Translations under genes and position numbers: made by a program
Shown: positions 20,202 to 31,607 of the stretch, one piece after another
How positions within the stretch are numbered: the first letter of the stretch is position 1
Layout of the letters: every line of letters starts with the position of its first letter
Notes under the pieces: generated by a model
Told to the model about the DNA's origin: nothing
Database searches by the model: none
What the model saw: only the letters and a program-made list of their open reading frames with translations
Assembly: GCA_965240325.2 (NCBI GenBank)
Contig: OZ251230.1
Span: 2,356,001-2,420,000, forward strand
Source: Rebecca billardiae RCC1528
Taxonomy: Eukaryota > Protista > Haptophyta
Length of the DNA: 64,000 bases
Reading direction: 5' to 3'

Positions 20202-21919
20202 TGCTTGTATGCTGATGCACATCGGATGGCATCGGCACGACTGATGCAGTAGTCTACTTGCCTGAGTCACTGAGTACTTCATCAGTGGTGTCTGAACTCA
20301 TCGCCATCGCCATCGGCTCATCAGGAGGCTTGTCAAGCATGCGCTCTGCTCGGCTAAACCGGGGGGGGTGCCTCCGGCCAAAGATGGTCCTTTGCTCCGG
20401 CGGCAGTCCGGTGATGACAGATGAACAACGACGCAGCAAGCAGCGTATTTTGCATGCATGCACTAAAGTTTTCTGGTGAACACGGCTTTAAACAATTTTA
20501 ATTCGTGAGAAAGCCCTGGGAGACCCAGCTCCGACCCCCTTTAATTGGTGTGACGTACTGCTGTCCCAAGTAATACCTGAGTAGGAATACGAAGAATGGG
20601 CCCTCAAACGTTTTTTGATTAGGCACGCCTCCGGAATCGAGAACGCACGTCGTTACCTTTTTGAGCGCGCGCCATAGGGATGTCGTTGCGATTCCCACCT
20701 ATTTGTTGACGCTTTTCTACGACCATCCCGGCTCCCCAAGTCGAGGAACCGCGACGCACGTGTGCTTTCGCCGCCGCGCCGCGTGCGCTCGGCACACACG
20801 ATTGAGTATGACGAACGAGCGCGCCGCTGAAGGAGGCGCAGGCCGCGCGCGACACGCAGAATGGCGCTTAGCCGGCGTGGCTCGACGACGCTGCCGGCAC
20901 TCGCGCTCGCACACTGACGTGCGCGACCGAGGAACAGCTCCGCGGGCCTCGGCCGAACCCAGCGCCGGATGCCATCGTCGGCGTCGAGAGGAACTGCGCC
21001 GATCTGGCGGAGATCCAGCGGCACGTGGCGGCGATCAAGCAGCCGCAACCGCATCAGATGACGTGCACGAGCGGCCTCATGGAGAAGCTCGTACCACAAG
21101 CCTACCATAAGCCACCCGCTCGCCGACTTGCCCGACTGACTACTCGCGGAGTTAACTCCGCCCTGGCTCGTCATCAACGGGCGCGGCCTTCGAGCCGACA
21201 CCCGCGCCGCCCGCGGCTCGCGGCGCCATCGCGAAGGTGCGTGCCCGCCGGCGCGAGCTGCACAACACAACATGCACACCGACGTGAGCCGCTCGTACCA
21301 CGTCGTGCCCGACGGGCCGTGCTCAGCGACGGCTGCAGGCCAGTCTACTCGCCGTGCAGTCGGTTGTGCCCTGCCGGCCTGCGCCACTCGCCCCGCGCCT
21401 ACAGCCGGTGGGCCATCCGCGGTGCGTGCCGTTGCCGTGCCGTCGTGCCCGAGCGGCCGTGCGCAGCGACGACCGCATCGACGCGCGCCTCGCCGTGCGC
21501 CTCGGTCGGCCTTGCAGAAGTGCCGCGCTGCCGCGCCTGGCTTAATCGCACGCTCGACTGCGGCGCGCCACCGGATGATACCGTCAGTCAGCGCTGAACG
21601 GCCAACTCGTCCCATCGTCGTCGGGTCTGCCGGCCCTGGGAAGCTTCTCCGTCGCGTCCTAGACGCGCTGTGTTCGACCAGCCCCACCGGGACAAGGCCG
21701 CAAGGCCCCCGCTGTTTATTATGCACTTCGATGCAGTGACGATGGTCGCATGGCGTCGCATCAACGATTCACAGACGACAGCGTCGTGTCGGATGGCCGG
21801 TCGTCCTCCCTGTAGTGCTTTTTCGGACGAGCGAAAATGTATTTCGGCGAACGATGATGGCGGCGGCCATCGGTCGGCCATCACAGCAGTGAGCCTCCAC
21901 GCAAGTGCGCAGCGCGCAC

Positions 21920-22522
21920 ATGGTGGTGCGCGCGCTGGAGCGCGCGCTCTTCGCGCACACGCGCTACGTCGTCAGCTTTGCCGCGTTCGTCGCGCTGCTC
22001 GTGCGCAATGACTCGAGCACGACCATCTGCGTCGGCGGAGCGATCGCCAACGCGCTGTGCAACAAGGCGCTCAAGCACACCATCGCGCAGCGGCGGCCTC
22101 CCGGCTCGCCGCTGCACGACCCAGGCATGCCGTCGAGCCATGCATCCTCGCTCTTCTTCTTCGGCGCCTACCTCACGGCCGCGCTGGTGTACAGCGCCCG
22201 GCCGTACAGACTTGGCGAGGCATGTGCGCTCCTCGCGCTCACGACGGCCGCCGCCGCGTACCGTGTGCGCGCGGGCTACCACACGCTCGCGCAGGTGGTG
22301 GTGGGCGGCCTGATAGGCGGCTCCGCCGGCTTCGCGTGGCACGAGCTCGCGCGCCCGCGGCTCGCCGGCAAGTTCGACGGCCGGCGCACGGCGCTCTTTG
22401 CAGCGGCGGTCGTCGCCGTGGGCTCGGTGTATGTGTCGAAGACCGAGGGGCTCGTCTCTGGCACGCTCTGGCCGTGGACGTCGCCGCGGCCGGCTGCCAA
22501 GCGCCGCCTGAAACGAGGGTGA
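21920..22522 (+). CDS. PAP2-family phosphatase, dolichyl-diphosphatase-like membrane protein
   Basis: C1 KHTIAQRRP, C2 GMPSSHA, C3 RVRAGYHTLAQVVVG; several hydrophobic helices. Confidence 0.88.
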   Translation: MVVRALERALFAHTRYVVSFAAFVALLVRNDSSTTICVGGAIANALCNKALKHTIAQRRPPGSPLHDPGMPSSHASSLFFFGAYLTAALVYSARPYRLGEACALLALTTAAAAYRVRAGYHTLAQVVVGGLIGGSAGFAWHELARPRLAGKFDGRRTALFAAAVVAVGSVYVSKTEGLVSGTLWPWTSPRPAAKRRLKRG

Positions 22523-22982
22523 GGCCTGATGCTTCGACCCACGGCATGGGCGCTCCCAGGGCTGCGTGTGCTGCTGCTGTAAGAGCCCGGCCGGGATCAC
22601 GGACTAGGTACTACTCACGGCGGTCATTGACGATGGCCGGCGCCGCGGCGGCGGGCCGGCTTCGGCCCGCCGCCTGGGCCCAGGACCGGTGCGGCAGCAT
22701 CGGATGCTGACGATGACTATACATATTGCTCTGCTTAACGTACGATCGACTGCTGACGATAACTGACGCCGATGCGAGCAGGCTTATTCGTTCTCATCAT
22801 CAATAATATATATTTCCTCGTCATCAAACTCTCAAAGTGAGTCAAAGCACTCAAGCAGGCCGCTTCGTCGTCACGGCAGCAGCAGCGCATGGTCGCGCCA
22901 TCACGGCAGTTGTGTACGGAGTGGATGCGCGCATATCGCGGCATCGGGGCCTCGGCGGCCGGCGACGATCGGAAGCAGCTCG

Positions 22983-24258
22983 CTAATAATGCGGCTGCTG
23001 CTGCTGCTGCTGCTTGTGCAGGCGTGCCGATCGCCGCAGGGCCACCTGCGTGGCACTGTCGCCGTCGGCCCTGCGACGGCCAGCAGATGCGGCCTGCGGG
23101 GAGCCGACCTCTGCAGCCGGCGCGCCGCCCGCCCGCTCCTCCGCGCCCGCTGGCGCGGCCTCGCGCGAGCGGGCGCGCGCGGCGCCGAGCTCGAGGACGG
23201 GCGGCCCTGCTGGGGGCAGCGAGAGGCACGGGGGGCGGGCGCTCTGGGCGAGCTCCGCCGCGCGGCTCAGCTCGTGCGCGTGCAGCGCGCGCGGCGACTG
23301 CGGGCGCACAGGTGTGATGCTTGCACTGCCCTCCAGGGAGGTCAGTGGGGTCGGCGTGCCGGGCGGCAGGCCCGAGTGCGCCACGGCCGACGGCGGCGAC
23401 AGGTGCTGCTGCGCGCCCGGGCGTGTCGCCGCGCCGTCCTCCTCCTCCGTCCCTGGCGAGGCGGGCGCGAGCCAGCCTGCGTTGATGCGCGCGCGAGGTT
23501 CAGGGGAGCCCTCCGCCTGCGCGAGCGCGCGCGTCGCCGCCACCTCGAGCTGCGCGACGCGCGCCAGCGCGCGGTCGATCTCGAGCAGCGCGCCGTCCGC
23601 CTTGGCCGTGTCGGCGACCGCGTTGGCGCTGAACTCGTTGGCCGCCGCCGTGGCCGCCGCCGTGGACGTGTGCGCGCGGAGGCGCGCGGCCGCCTCCTCG
23701 GCCTGGCGCTCGTCCTCGCTCTGCGCGCCCTCGGGCGTCTCCGCGCACCCGCGCGCGTACGGCGGGCGCGGTGGCGCGACGAGCGGCATGCGGCGCGCGA
23801 GCGCGGCGATCGCGCGCGCGTTGCTCTGCAGGGCGACCACGGCGCAGCCGCTCAGCCGGCGCGCGCGCTCGGGCACGCGCACGCGCACGCTGCCGGCCCA
23901 GCGCTTGGCCACGCGCGACGCCGCGCGGGAGAGAAGAAGCGCGCTGAGCACGGCGAGGAGCATCAGCGCGCGCATGCTCGGCCGCTGCAGCAGCTTGGGG
24001 CGGCCGAGGCGTACGCCGGCCGCGCCATGCGCTTGCTGCGCGGATGCTTGCTGCAGCGCACGCGCCGTGTTCGCCGCATCGGCTGCCGCGCGCGCCGTAC
24101 TTAGTAGCGCGTCCGCCGCGCGCGTGCACGCTGCGCACGCTGTTGCGTGGCCCACCACGCACGCGCGCACGGCCAGCGCCGCAGCCTGCGGGTCCTCGCG
24201 CACGCACGCGGGCGGGCTGTGAGCACCCTCGGGTTGCGGCAGCGGCGGCAGAGGTGAA

Positions 24259-24307
<49 letters not shown>

Positions 24308-24760
24308 GGGGCGTCGACGGTGCTTGCGGCTGCGCTGTGGCGGAGGGCAACGGCCGCGGCTGCGCGGCAGGGGCGGGCGCAGCCTCGGCCGCCGCGTGCC
24401 GGGCTGGAGAGTCATCGCGCGCGCTCGCCGAGGGCACCGCCCCGCCGCCGCTCTCGGCGGCCGTCACTGCCGCCGGCACATGTGCCGGAAGCGCGGTGGC
24501 GACTGAGGGCCCGCGTGGGGTGCGCAAGGCCGCCGCGTCCGGCGGTGGGCGCGCGCCGTCGGCCGAGGAAGGAGCGAGGGCGTGCTCGCGCACTCGGATG
24601 AGCTCGCGCCCACGCCGAGACGCGCGCGAGGCGAAGACAAACGAGCGCTGCGACGACGAGCCAGCGCCGGCTGCGCGCGCGGGCTGTGCAAGGCAACGCT
24701 CGCCGGCGCGGCCAAGACAAATCAGCTCCGCTGGAGGCTCGGCCTGCACGGACGGCGGCG

Positions 24761-24792
<32 letters not shown>

Positions 24793-25214
24793 TGCATGGT
24801 CCACGCGCGAGTCTGCTGCGAGCCACACGCGACGAGCGCGGGCGTGCGATCGCCGCCGGTCCAGCCGCGCGCAATGCCGAGACAGCTCACGCCTTCAGGG
24901 TCGGAGACCACGACGGGCGTGGCGGCTGGCGCGGTCGGGTGGGGACCGCCTCGGGTGGCGACGTAGCGGGTGATGCCAGTGGATAGGCTGCTCGAAGGAG
25001 TGACCGTCATCCCCGGCGATGCCGGCGTCAGCGCCCACACAGCGCCGGTCGCAGCGCAGTCCATGATCGCGAGGCTTGCGTTGTGCTCGTCGCGGCCCGC
25101 GCACAGCCGTGGCGCCGACGGGCTTCCAACGCCGGGACCGAGCTCAAGCACGTAGCGCGAATGGGTCGAGAATGTAGACGCCGAGGCGCACAGCAGCACG
25201 GACACCGACAGCAT
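22983..25214 (-). CDS. Putative type I membrane protein: signal peptide, possible ricin-B-like lectin repeats, Pro-rich stalk, TM helix, cytoplasmic coiled coil
   Basis: N-terminus MLSVSVLLCASAS. Segments LCAG...LAIMDC....VW and SCLGI...LVACGSQQTRAW resemble ricin (QxW) repeats. Poly-Pro tract and TM segment LMLLAVLSALLLS. Confidence 0.6.
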
Positions 25215-25961
25215 CGTACGGCGAGATCGCAGCAGCCCCACCGACGGATGATGTGACGAAGTGATCGGGAGGCCGTCCAAGCTCGGGGCTTGCAGTGCGG
25301 CTCGCGGGCGCGGGAAACGATGACGTCGACCGGTGTCCACGAAAAGGGAGGCAAGGAGCCAAAGGAGGCTCGCGCGAATAAGAAAAGCCGAGAATAGACG
25401 CGCAGCTAAAGCCAAAGTTGAGTACTTGCAGGCCACGCACTTGCGAACTGCTTCGTCAGGTCAAGAGGGAGCGGCCAAATTGCGGGCGGAAATGAGCGCA
25501 AACAGAATGTTCAGGCGGAAGTTCCGGCCTTCCTCCGTGCTGATACCTCTCCAGTGGCCTGCGCCAGGAAAACTGCTCCCAGGGAATCGTGCCGGCGCTC
25601 AGCAGGCGCGGAGCCCGCGGGCCACCTCCGACGGTGGGCCGGTGGCCGTCTCCGGACCGCGTGAGGTCCCGGGTCGGCGACGGTCGGGCGAGGAGTGAAT
25701 CGTCCAGCTCGGCCTCGCGGCCGGCGACGGAGAAAACGATGACGGCGGCATGACAACGACAGTCGACATCACCGTGATGATGGGCGCAAGGCTCCGGCCC
25801 TAAGTCACAGGTCACTGCACGGTGCACCGCGGACGGCCATGTCCGCCACGAGCCGTGCCGTGCCGTTCCCGGCCCGCGCAGTTCCGGGTTCCGCTGTGAG
25901 TCATGCAGTCACCGTCCCCGTGCCAGTATGAGTCAAGCAGTGCAGCAGTGCATCTGAATAA

Positions 25962-27261
25962 TCAGGCTGGCGCGCCCGCCGAGAAGAAGGCGTCCTCCTT
26001 GAACGGCGCATAGAAGCCGTCGTCGAGCGCGCGCCGCGCGCACTCGATGTCGGCCTTGATCGCAGCGATCAGCGCCTCGAGCGACGGGAAGTTGGCCTCT
26101 GGCCGGATGTACCCGACGATGAGCACGCGCATCCGCTCGCCGTAGAAGTCGGCACCAAAGTCGTGCAGCAGGTGCGGCTCCACGGTCTTCTCCGTGTTGC
26201 CGTAGTACGGGTTCCGCCCTGCCGCACCGGAGGCGCGCGCGCGCACGCGTGCCAAGGGCAGTGCGGTGTGACATCGACGGATGGGCGAATGTGCGCGCGC
26301 GCGCCCGCTGTCCCACGCATCACGCGCGCGCACCGACGGAGGCGACCATCTTGTGCACCGGCCCGTCGCCGATCTGCGCCCAGCCGTGGTAGATCCCGCA
26401 CGTCGTTGAGCTCAGCAGCTCCGCGTACGCCGACGCGGGCAGGTTGGCCGTCGGGATACCAAGCTCCTTGGAGCCGCGGCCGTAGCCTCGCACGACCTCG
26501 CCCTGGAGCCTAAGCGGAGGCAGCCGCGGCACGCTGCCGCACACGACGTCGGCGAAGGGCGGGAGGCCCCACAGCGCGGGCTCGAACTCGTAGAGCGACG
26601 CCATCCGCGCCTCGGGCGCCGCGGCGTCGTACTCGGCCTCGGGCACGTGGTCCGACACCAGCGCGACAGCGCGCATGCCGGCGGCGTGCGCCGCGCGCAC
26701 GCCAGCCGGCGCGTCCTCGATGACGAGGCACTCCTCCGGGGGCGGCGCCGCGGGGCCGAGCAGCTCGCGCGCGCGCGAGAAGAGGTCGGGCGCGGGCTTC
26801 CCCTCCTTCACGTCGTCGATCGTCGCGATGCACTCGCCGAAGTGGTCGAAGATCTCCGCGTGCGAGCGCCTCTTGCGCGCGAGCGCGGCGCGATCGCACG
26901 AGGTCGCGACCGCCATGGGCACGCCCGCAGCGCGCAGGTGCGCCACGAGCCTCGCGGCGCCCGGGATCGCCGGGGCGTGCGCCCAAGCTTCCTCCAGCTT
27001 GGGGCGTGACAAGGCGAGGTACTCGTCCACGGTGGTCGGCAGCTCGAGCACGCGGATCAGCTCCTGCACCGCGTCGCGCGGCGCGCGGCCGAGGGCCGAG
27101 ATGACTTGCGTCGGGTCGTACTCTCGGTTTTCGAAGTTTGCGCGCACCACGTCGGCAGTCGCCTCGTGCATCAGCCGCTCTGTGTCGAGCAGCACGCCGT
27201 CCACGTCGAAGATCACCGCGGAGACCTTCCGCGTCGTCTGATCCATCGCCGCCGCCGGCAT
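25962..27261 (-). CDS. FHY/RFK: Bifunctional HAD-family FMN hydrolase / riboflavin kinase (exons 27261-26334 and 26218-25962)
   Basis: HAD motifs FDVDGVLLDTE, GKPAPD, IEDA. RFK motifs GYGRGSKELGIPTAN, SVG|RNPYY, EPHLLHDF, YIRPEANF, IKAD. Intron 26333-26219 restores frame. Confidence 0.93.
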
Positions 27262-27377
27262 GATGGCGGCTCGCCGGCCGATTATTGTGCCGGCCGAAGC
27301 TGCTCGAAGAATTGCGGCCCGCGCGGAAGAATTGCGGCCCGCTGCAGCAAGCCGCACCCGGGTCGAAGGCCGTCAGC

Positions 27378-27816
27378 ATGATGATCTCGCGCACCCTCGT
27401 CCTCCTGGCCGCGCTCGCGGGCGCGTCGGCGCACGTCTGCGTCCGCAGCTCGGCGATGTCGCCATGCGTCGCCGCCCGCGCACGCTCCGCTCGCGCCCCG
27501 GCGACCATGTTCTTCGGCAAGGTGTGTGCACGAGCGCGGTCCACGCGCGCCCGCGGCGGTGCACACTCGCACGCGCTGAGACGCGGGCCCCCGACCTGGC
27601 GCGCAGAACAAGCCTGATTACGATCTGACCGATCTCGGGCCGATGACGAAGGAGAAGCGCGACGTCTACAGGGCGGACCGCACGCCTAAGACCGAGTATC
27701 AGCCGGACGACCTCGCGTGGGATGGGAGCAACTTGTACCTGCTCACGCTGCCCTTCCTCGTCATCGTCTGCCTCTCGCTCTTCGGTGGCGTGAACCTCTT
27801 CGGCTACAGCAACTAG
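27378..27816 (+). CDS. Small plastid-targeted single-TM protein (exons 27378-27521 and 27607-27816; 117 aa)
   Basis: Signal peptide MMISRTLVLLAALAGASA, then Arg/Ser/Ala transit peptide ending ...APATMFFGK. Phase-0 intron. Mature part NKPDYDLTDLG...NLYLLTLPFLVIVCLSLFGGVNLFGYSN*. Not captured as a single ORF in the track. Confidence 0.75.
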
Positions 27817-28177
27817 ACGCGCCCGCCGATGGATGCACGACGCTTGGCCCGGCCTGCCGCCCGGTTTAGCGTGACTGGCGATTCGGCAGGCACTCGCTGC
27901 GGCCTCGGCCGCTGCACCACGGCAGTCGGACGACCAAGACAACTGTGACCGACTTAGTGAGTGAACTGCCGTCATAACTAGTGTGTGCGTTGTCGCGACG
28001 GCTGCTTGCTTGCACGCGCCCGGTTGAAGTCATGGGGATCACCTGCGCCTCGACAGATCATGTACACTACGACAGATGCCCATATTCATCGCTTATGAAT
28101 CTATACCGTCGTACGACAGTGCGACTGACTACTGACTGACAGTCGTCAAATGTCTCACGTAGTCACGTGAACTGACA

Positions 28178-29449
28178 ATGAAGACTGCCGTGCGCGCGGC
28201 CGGCGGAGTCGACGCCGCGCTCGGCGGCATGGGCCGGGCTCGCGCGCCCCTGCTCCTCGCCACCATCCTCGCGTGTGCCCCTCGCGCGGCGGCGGTGGAC
28301 GGCGCCGAGGCCCACGCCCCCACTGACCCCTCCAGCCTCGCCGCAGCCGCGTTCCACAGCTCGGAGGCGCGCGCGGCCGAGATCGCGGCCGCCCGGGAGG
28401 GTGACGTGACGTCCACAGGCAGGGTGCTCACCACCGGCCAGCACCCCACGGCGCGCCTCGCGGACGTGGAGGCCTGGGCCACCGCACCCCTGCCGCGACG
28501 CACGCGCGACTATCACAGCCACCATCACAATTCGGACCGATGGGACCCAGTCACGCCGCGCGCGGGAGACGTGGTCGTGGCGACTGCGTACAAGAGCGGC
28601 ACGACGTGGACGCAGGCCATCCTGTGCGCCGTGCTCCACGCGCCGCGTGGGCGCGAGTGCACGGGGATCCTGGGCACCATGCCCTGGGTGGACATGCGCG
28701 CGCGCCCGTTCGACGAGTCCGCCGCACTCGTGGGCTCGCTCGAGGCGCCGCGCGTTCTCAAGACTCACCTGCCTCTGGACGGCCTGCCCTACTCGCCGGA
28801 GGTGAAGTACATCCACGTGGCGCGCGACCTGCGTGACGTGGCCTGGTCGTGGCACAACCACTGGAGCGCAGCGGGCAACTTCTTCGAGGGCGTGATGAAC
28901 CAGCTCCCCGGCCGGTTTGGCCCGCCCTTGCCCAGGGTGGGCGAGACGACGCCGCGGCAGGCATTTCTTGACATCGTCGCAGAGGAATCGCCTCTCTGGT
29001 CGTACTGGCACGACCTCGCGACGTGGTGGGCGTACCGCGGGCTGCCAAACGTGCTGCACGTGCACTACGCCGACCTCAAGCGCGACCCCCACGGCGAGGT
29101 CGCGCGGCTCGCCGCGTTTCTCGGCGCGGCGCTCACAGGCGCGCAGGTGTCGGAGGTGGTGGCCAACACCACTTTCGACCGGATGAAAAAGGACAGCACG
29201 CAGATGCTGGGCAAGATGGTGGACCAGGTGTTCGACGCGGGCGACGGCGTGCCCGGAGGCCAGAACTTCGTCTTCAAGGGCGTCAACGGGCGCTGGGAGG
29301 GCGCCCTCAGCCCCGAGGACATCGCTGCGTACGAGGCCACGGCGCGCGCGCGGCTCGGTGACGAGTGCGCTCGCTTCCTGATGGGAGGCCGCGGCGGCGC
29401 GGCGGCGGCTGGTGGCAGCGGTGGTGCAGAGCTCAAGTCCGAGCTGTGA
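28178..29449 (+). CDS. Sulfotransferase (Sulfotransfer_1, aryl/SULT-type) with hydrophobic N-terminal leader
   Basis: 5'-PSB motif ATAYKSGTTW, KTHLP, 3'-PB YIHVARDLRDVAWS, LHVHYADLKRD, C-terminal FKGVNGRW. Confidence 0.9.
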   Translation: MKTAVRAAGGVDAALGGMGRARAPLLLATILACAPRAAAVDGAEAHAPTDPSSLAAAAFHSSEARAAEIAAAREGDVTSTGRVLTTGQHPTARLADVEAWATAPLPRRTRDYHSHHHNSDRWDPVTPRAGDVVVATAYKSGTTWTQAILCAVLHAPRGRECTGILGTMPWVDMRARPFDESAALVGSLEAPRVLKTHLPLDGLPYSPEVKYIHVARDLRDVAWSWHNHWSAAGNFFEGVMNQLPGRFGPPLPRVGETTPRQAFLDIVAEESPLWSYWHDLATWWAYRGLPNVLHVHYADLKRDPHGEVARLAAFLGAALTGAQVSEVVANTTFDRMKKDSTQMLGKMVDQVFDAGDGVPGGQNFVFKGVNGRWEGALSPEDIAAYEATARARLGDECARFLMGGRGGAAAAGGSGGAELKSEL

Positions 29450-29753
29450 GTCGGGGCCGGGAGTGACGAGTGCCACGCTTGGTGCGGCGCGCTCGTGCAC
29501 GGTGCGGGCCACACATGTATGTCGTCATTGCACCGGCGTCCGCAGTCTGAGTTGTCTCTGAGATACAGTACATACGTAGTACAATACAGTTTACTATGTT
29601 TTAACGTGCAGTAGGATGCACAGTACAGTCTTGTATCATAGTGAGATTCACGACTCAGATTTGCGCGGTGAGCGAGCGAGCGCCGAGCCGCCGCCGCGCG
29701 CCGGCGAGAGGATTCGCCTCCGTCGGCTCAGCGGCGCAGCGCCTGCGGTCGTC

Positions 29754-30983
29754 ATGCCCTCATGCATCGGCGCGCTCTCCGAGTGGACGCTGACGACGTG
29801 CTGCGAGCCAAGCAGCTCAGCCGCCGCCCGGCGTGCCGCGTTCCCTCCTCAGTCCCACCCGCATCCAACCCCGCCGCTCGAGCGCGTCGGCGAGCCGCCG
29901 AGCGCGCAGCACGCGTACCACACGCTGCCTGACGGGCGCACGCTGTACTGGCAGCAGCTGCTGCCGACGGGCAAGCAGCCTCGCGCGATCGTCGTGCTGT
30001 TCCACGGCTTTGAGGACCACTCGGACTTCTACATGTACAACATCGCGCGCATCTTTGTCGAGTACGCCCACTGCCTCGCCCTCCTCGTCGACTTGCCCGG
30101 CCACGGCCTCTCCGACGGGTTGCATGCGCTGCTGCCGTCGTGGGGCGGGCTGCTCGACGACCTCGAGCACTGGTGCGACACGGTGTGCCGAGGCGCCGCC
30201 GAGACGCACGCGCCGCCCGGCGGGCCGCGCCTGCCCCTCTTCGCCTACGGCGGGAGCCTCGGCGGGGCGGTGGTCACGGGGCTGGCGTCGCGCTCGCCGG
30301 AGCGCTTCGCAGGCGCAATGCTGATCGCCCCGATGGTTCGGATCGGCGCTGGCATGCGCCCCGCGCCGCCGGTGGAGTGGCTGCTGCGCAACGTGATCGC
30401 GCGCGTGCCCGTGCTCAACGACGTGCAGTTCGTCAAGCGCACGCTCGTGCCCAGCGTCGTCTTCTGCTCGACGGAGCAGTGGCGGCAGCATGAGCACGAG
30501 GCTCTGGACAAGCTTGCGTACCAAGGCGACACGCGGCTGAGGACGGGGGCGACGCTGCTCGGCGCGACGGACGAGCTCGCGAAGCGGATGGAGCAGATGC
30601 GCACGCCGTTCCTCGTGATGCACGGCACGGCCGACGTGGTCACCTCCCACGCCACGTCGCAGGAGCTGCACGAGCGCGCGGGCGCGGCGGACAAGAGCAT
30701 CGAGCTGCTGGAGGGCTGCGTGCACATGCTCGATCACGGCGAAGCTCCGGCCGTGCACGAGCGCGTGTTCAGCCGGCTCTTCGGCTGGCTGAATGAGCGC
30801 ATCGGGGACGGGTTCGAGAGCCCGCCGCCAGTCGCTGTGCGCAGCAGGCTCACAGGGTCGGGCGGGCAGACGGGCAGCCCGCAGTTACCACAGGCCGCGG
30901 GCGACGCTGCCGCCGTGCCTGCTGCCGTCCCGGCTGCAGCTGGCGCACCGGCGGCACCGTCCGTGCCCGTGGAATACGTGTGA
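29754..30983 (+). CDS. Alpha/beta hydrolase, monoacylglycerol lipase/lysophospholipase (Hydrolase_4) family
   Basis: FHGF, DLPGHGLSDG, nucleophile GGSLGG, MHGTADVVT, catalytic His in CVHML. Confidence 0.88.
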   Translation: MPSCIGALSEWTLTTCCEPSSSAAARRAAFPPQSHPHPTPPLERVGEPPSAQHAYHTLPDGRTLYWQQLLPTGKQPRAIVVLFHGFEDHSDFYMYNIARIFVEYAHCLALLVDLPGHGLSDGLHALLPSWGGLLDDLEHWCDTVCRGAAETHAPPGGPRLPLFAYGGSLGGAVVTGLASRSPERFAGAMLIAPMVRIGAGMRPAPPVEWLLRNVIARVPVLNDVQFVKRTLVPSVVFCSTEQWRQHEHEALDKLAYQGDTRLRTGATLLGATDELAKRMEQMRTPFLVMHGTADVVTSHATSQELHERAGAADKSIELLEGCVHMLDHGEAPAVHERVFSRLFGWLNERIGDGFESPPPVAVRSRLTGSGGQTGSPQLPQAAGDAAAVPAAVPAAAGAPAAPSVPVEYV

Positions 30984-31607
30984 CTGTGAGCCTGCGGAGG
31001 CCCTGGCACGAGCTGCACCACGGCGGCGCGGGGCCTCGGCGGCCTGCTCGCTGCCGCCGAGTCCGGTGCGTGACTGCCGCAGGCCGGACTCACCGTCCGG
31101 TCCGTCGGTGGCTGGCGGGCTACATCATTGTCAAACTCAAAGGCCTGCCGTTGGCGTTGAAGGGCGACGAGCAGACTGTGTCAGTGATGCAGTGTCACTG
31201 TGACTACTCACTGCGTCTGCGGTGGTCGTCGCCGTCGGCGGAGCCGCGCCGGGCGCCGCGCCCGCTGGCCTGCACGGCACTGCCGCCCCCCGTGCCGCCC
31301 GTGAGTCAGTCGTGAGTGCACTGCTAAGTGCGCACGGTGCGCGCGGCGGCGCGGTCTGCGCGGTGCGCCACGATCAATCGTCGTCATGCCAGTGTCAGTA
31401 GCACTCACCAGCATATCAGAACGTCAGCAGTCTTAATAAGCTACACAGACACCGCTAGTGGCGGCAGCATCGCGCAGGCCGGGTGAGCGGGACAGACAGC
31501 GGGTGAGTGGACCGCGTCCGTGACGACTCGTCGACTGCGGTCGACCGCCACCGCGCCTGACCGACGAGGGGAGATAGGCACGGCGTTGCCATGGCGTACG
31601 CGCAGCG

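Noticed and set aside
20250-21880. Possible gene or TE remnant
   Set aside because: Short coding-like patches broken by stops and frame changes; no recognisable motif or termini.
25440-25930. Structured ncRNA (SRP, RNase P/MRP or SECIS-like)
   Set aside because: Only generic GC hairpins; no conserved motif matched.
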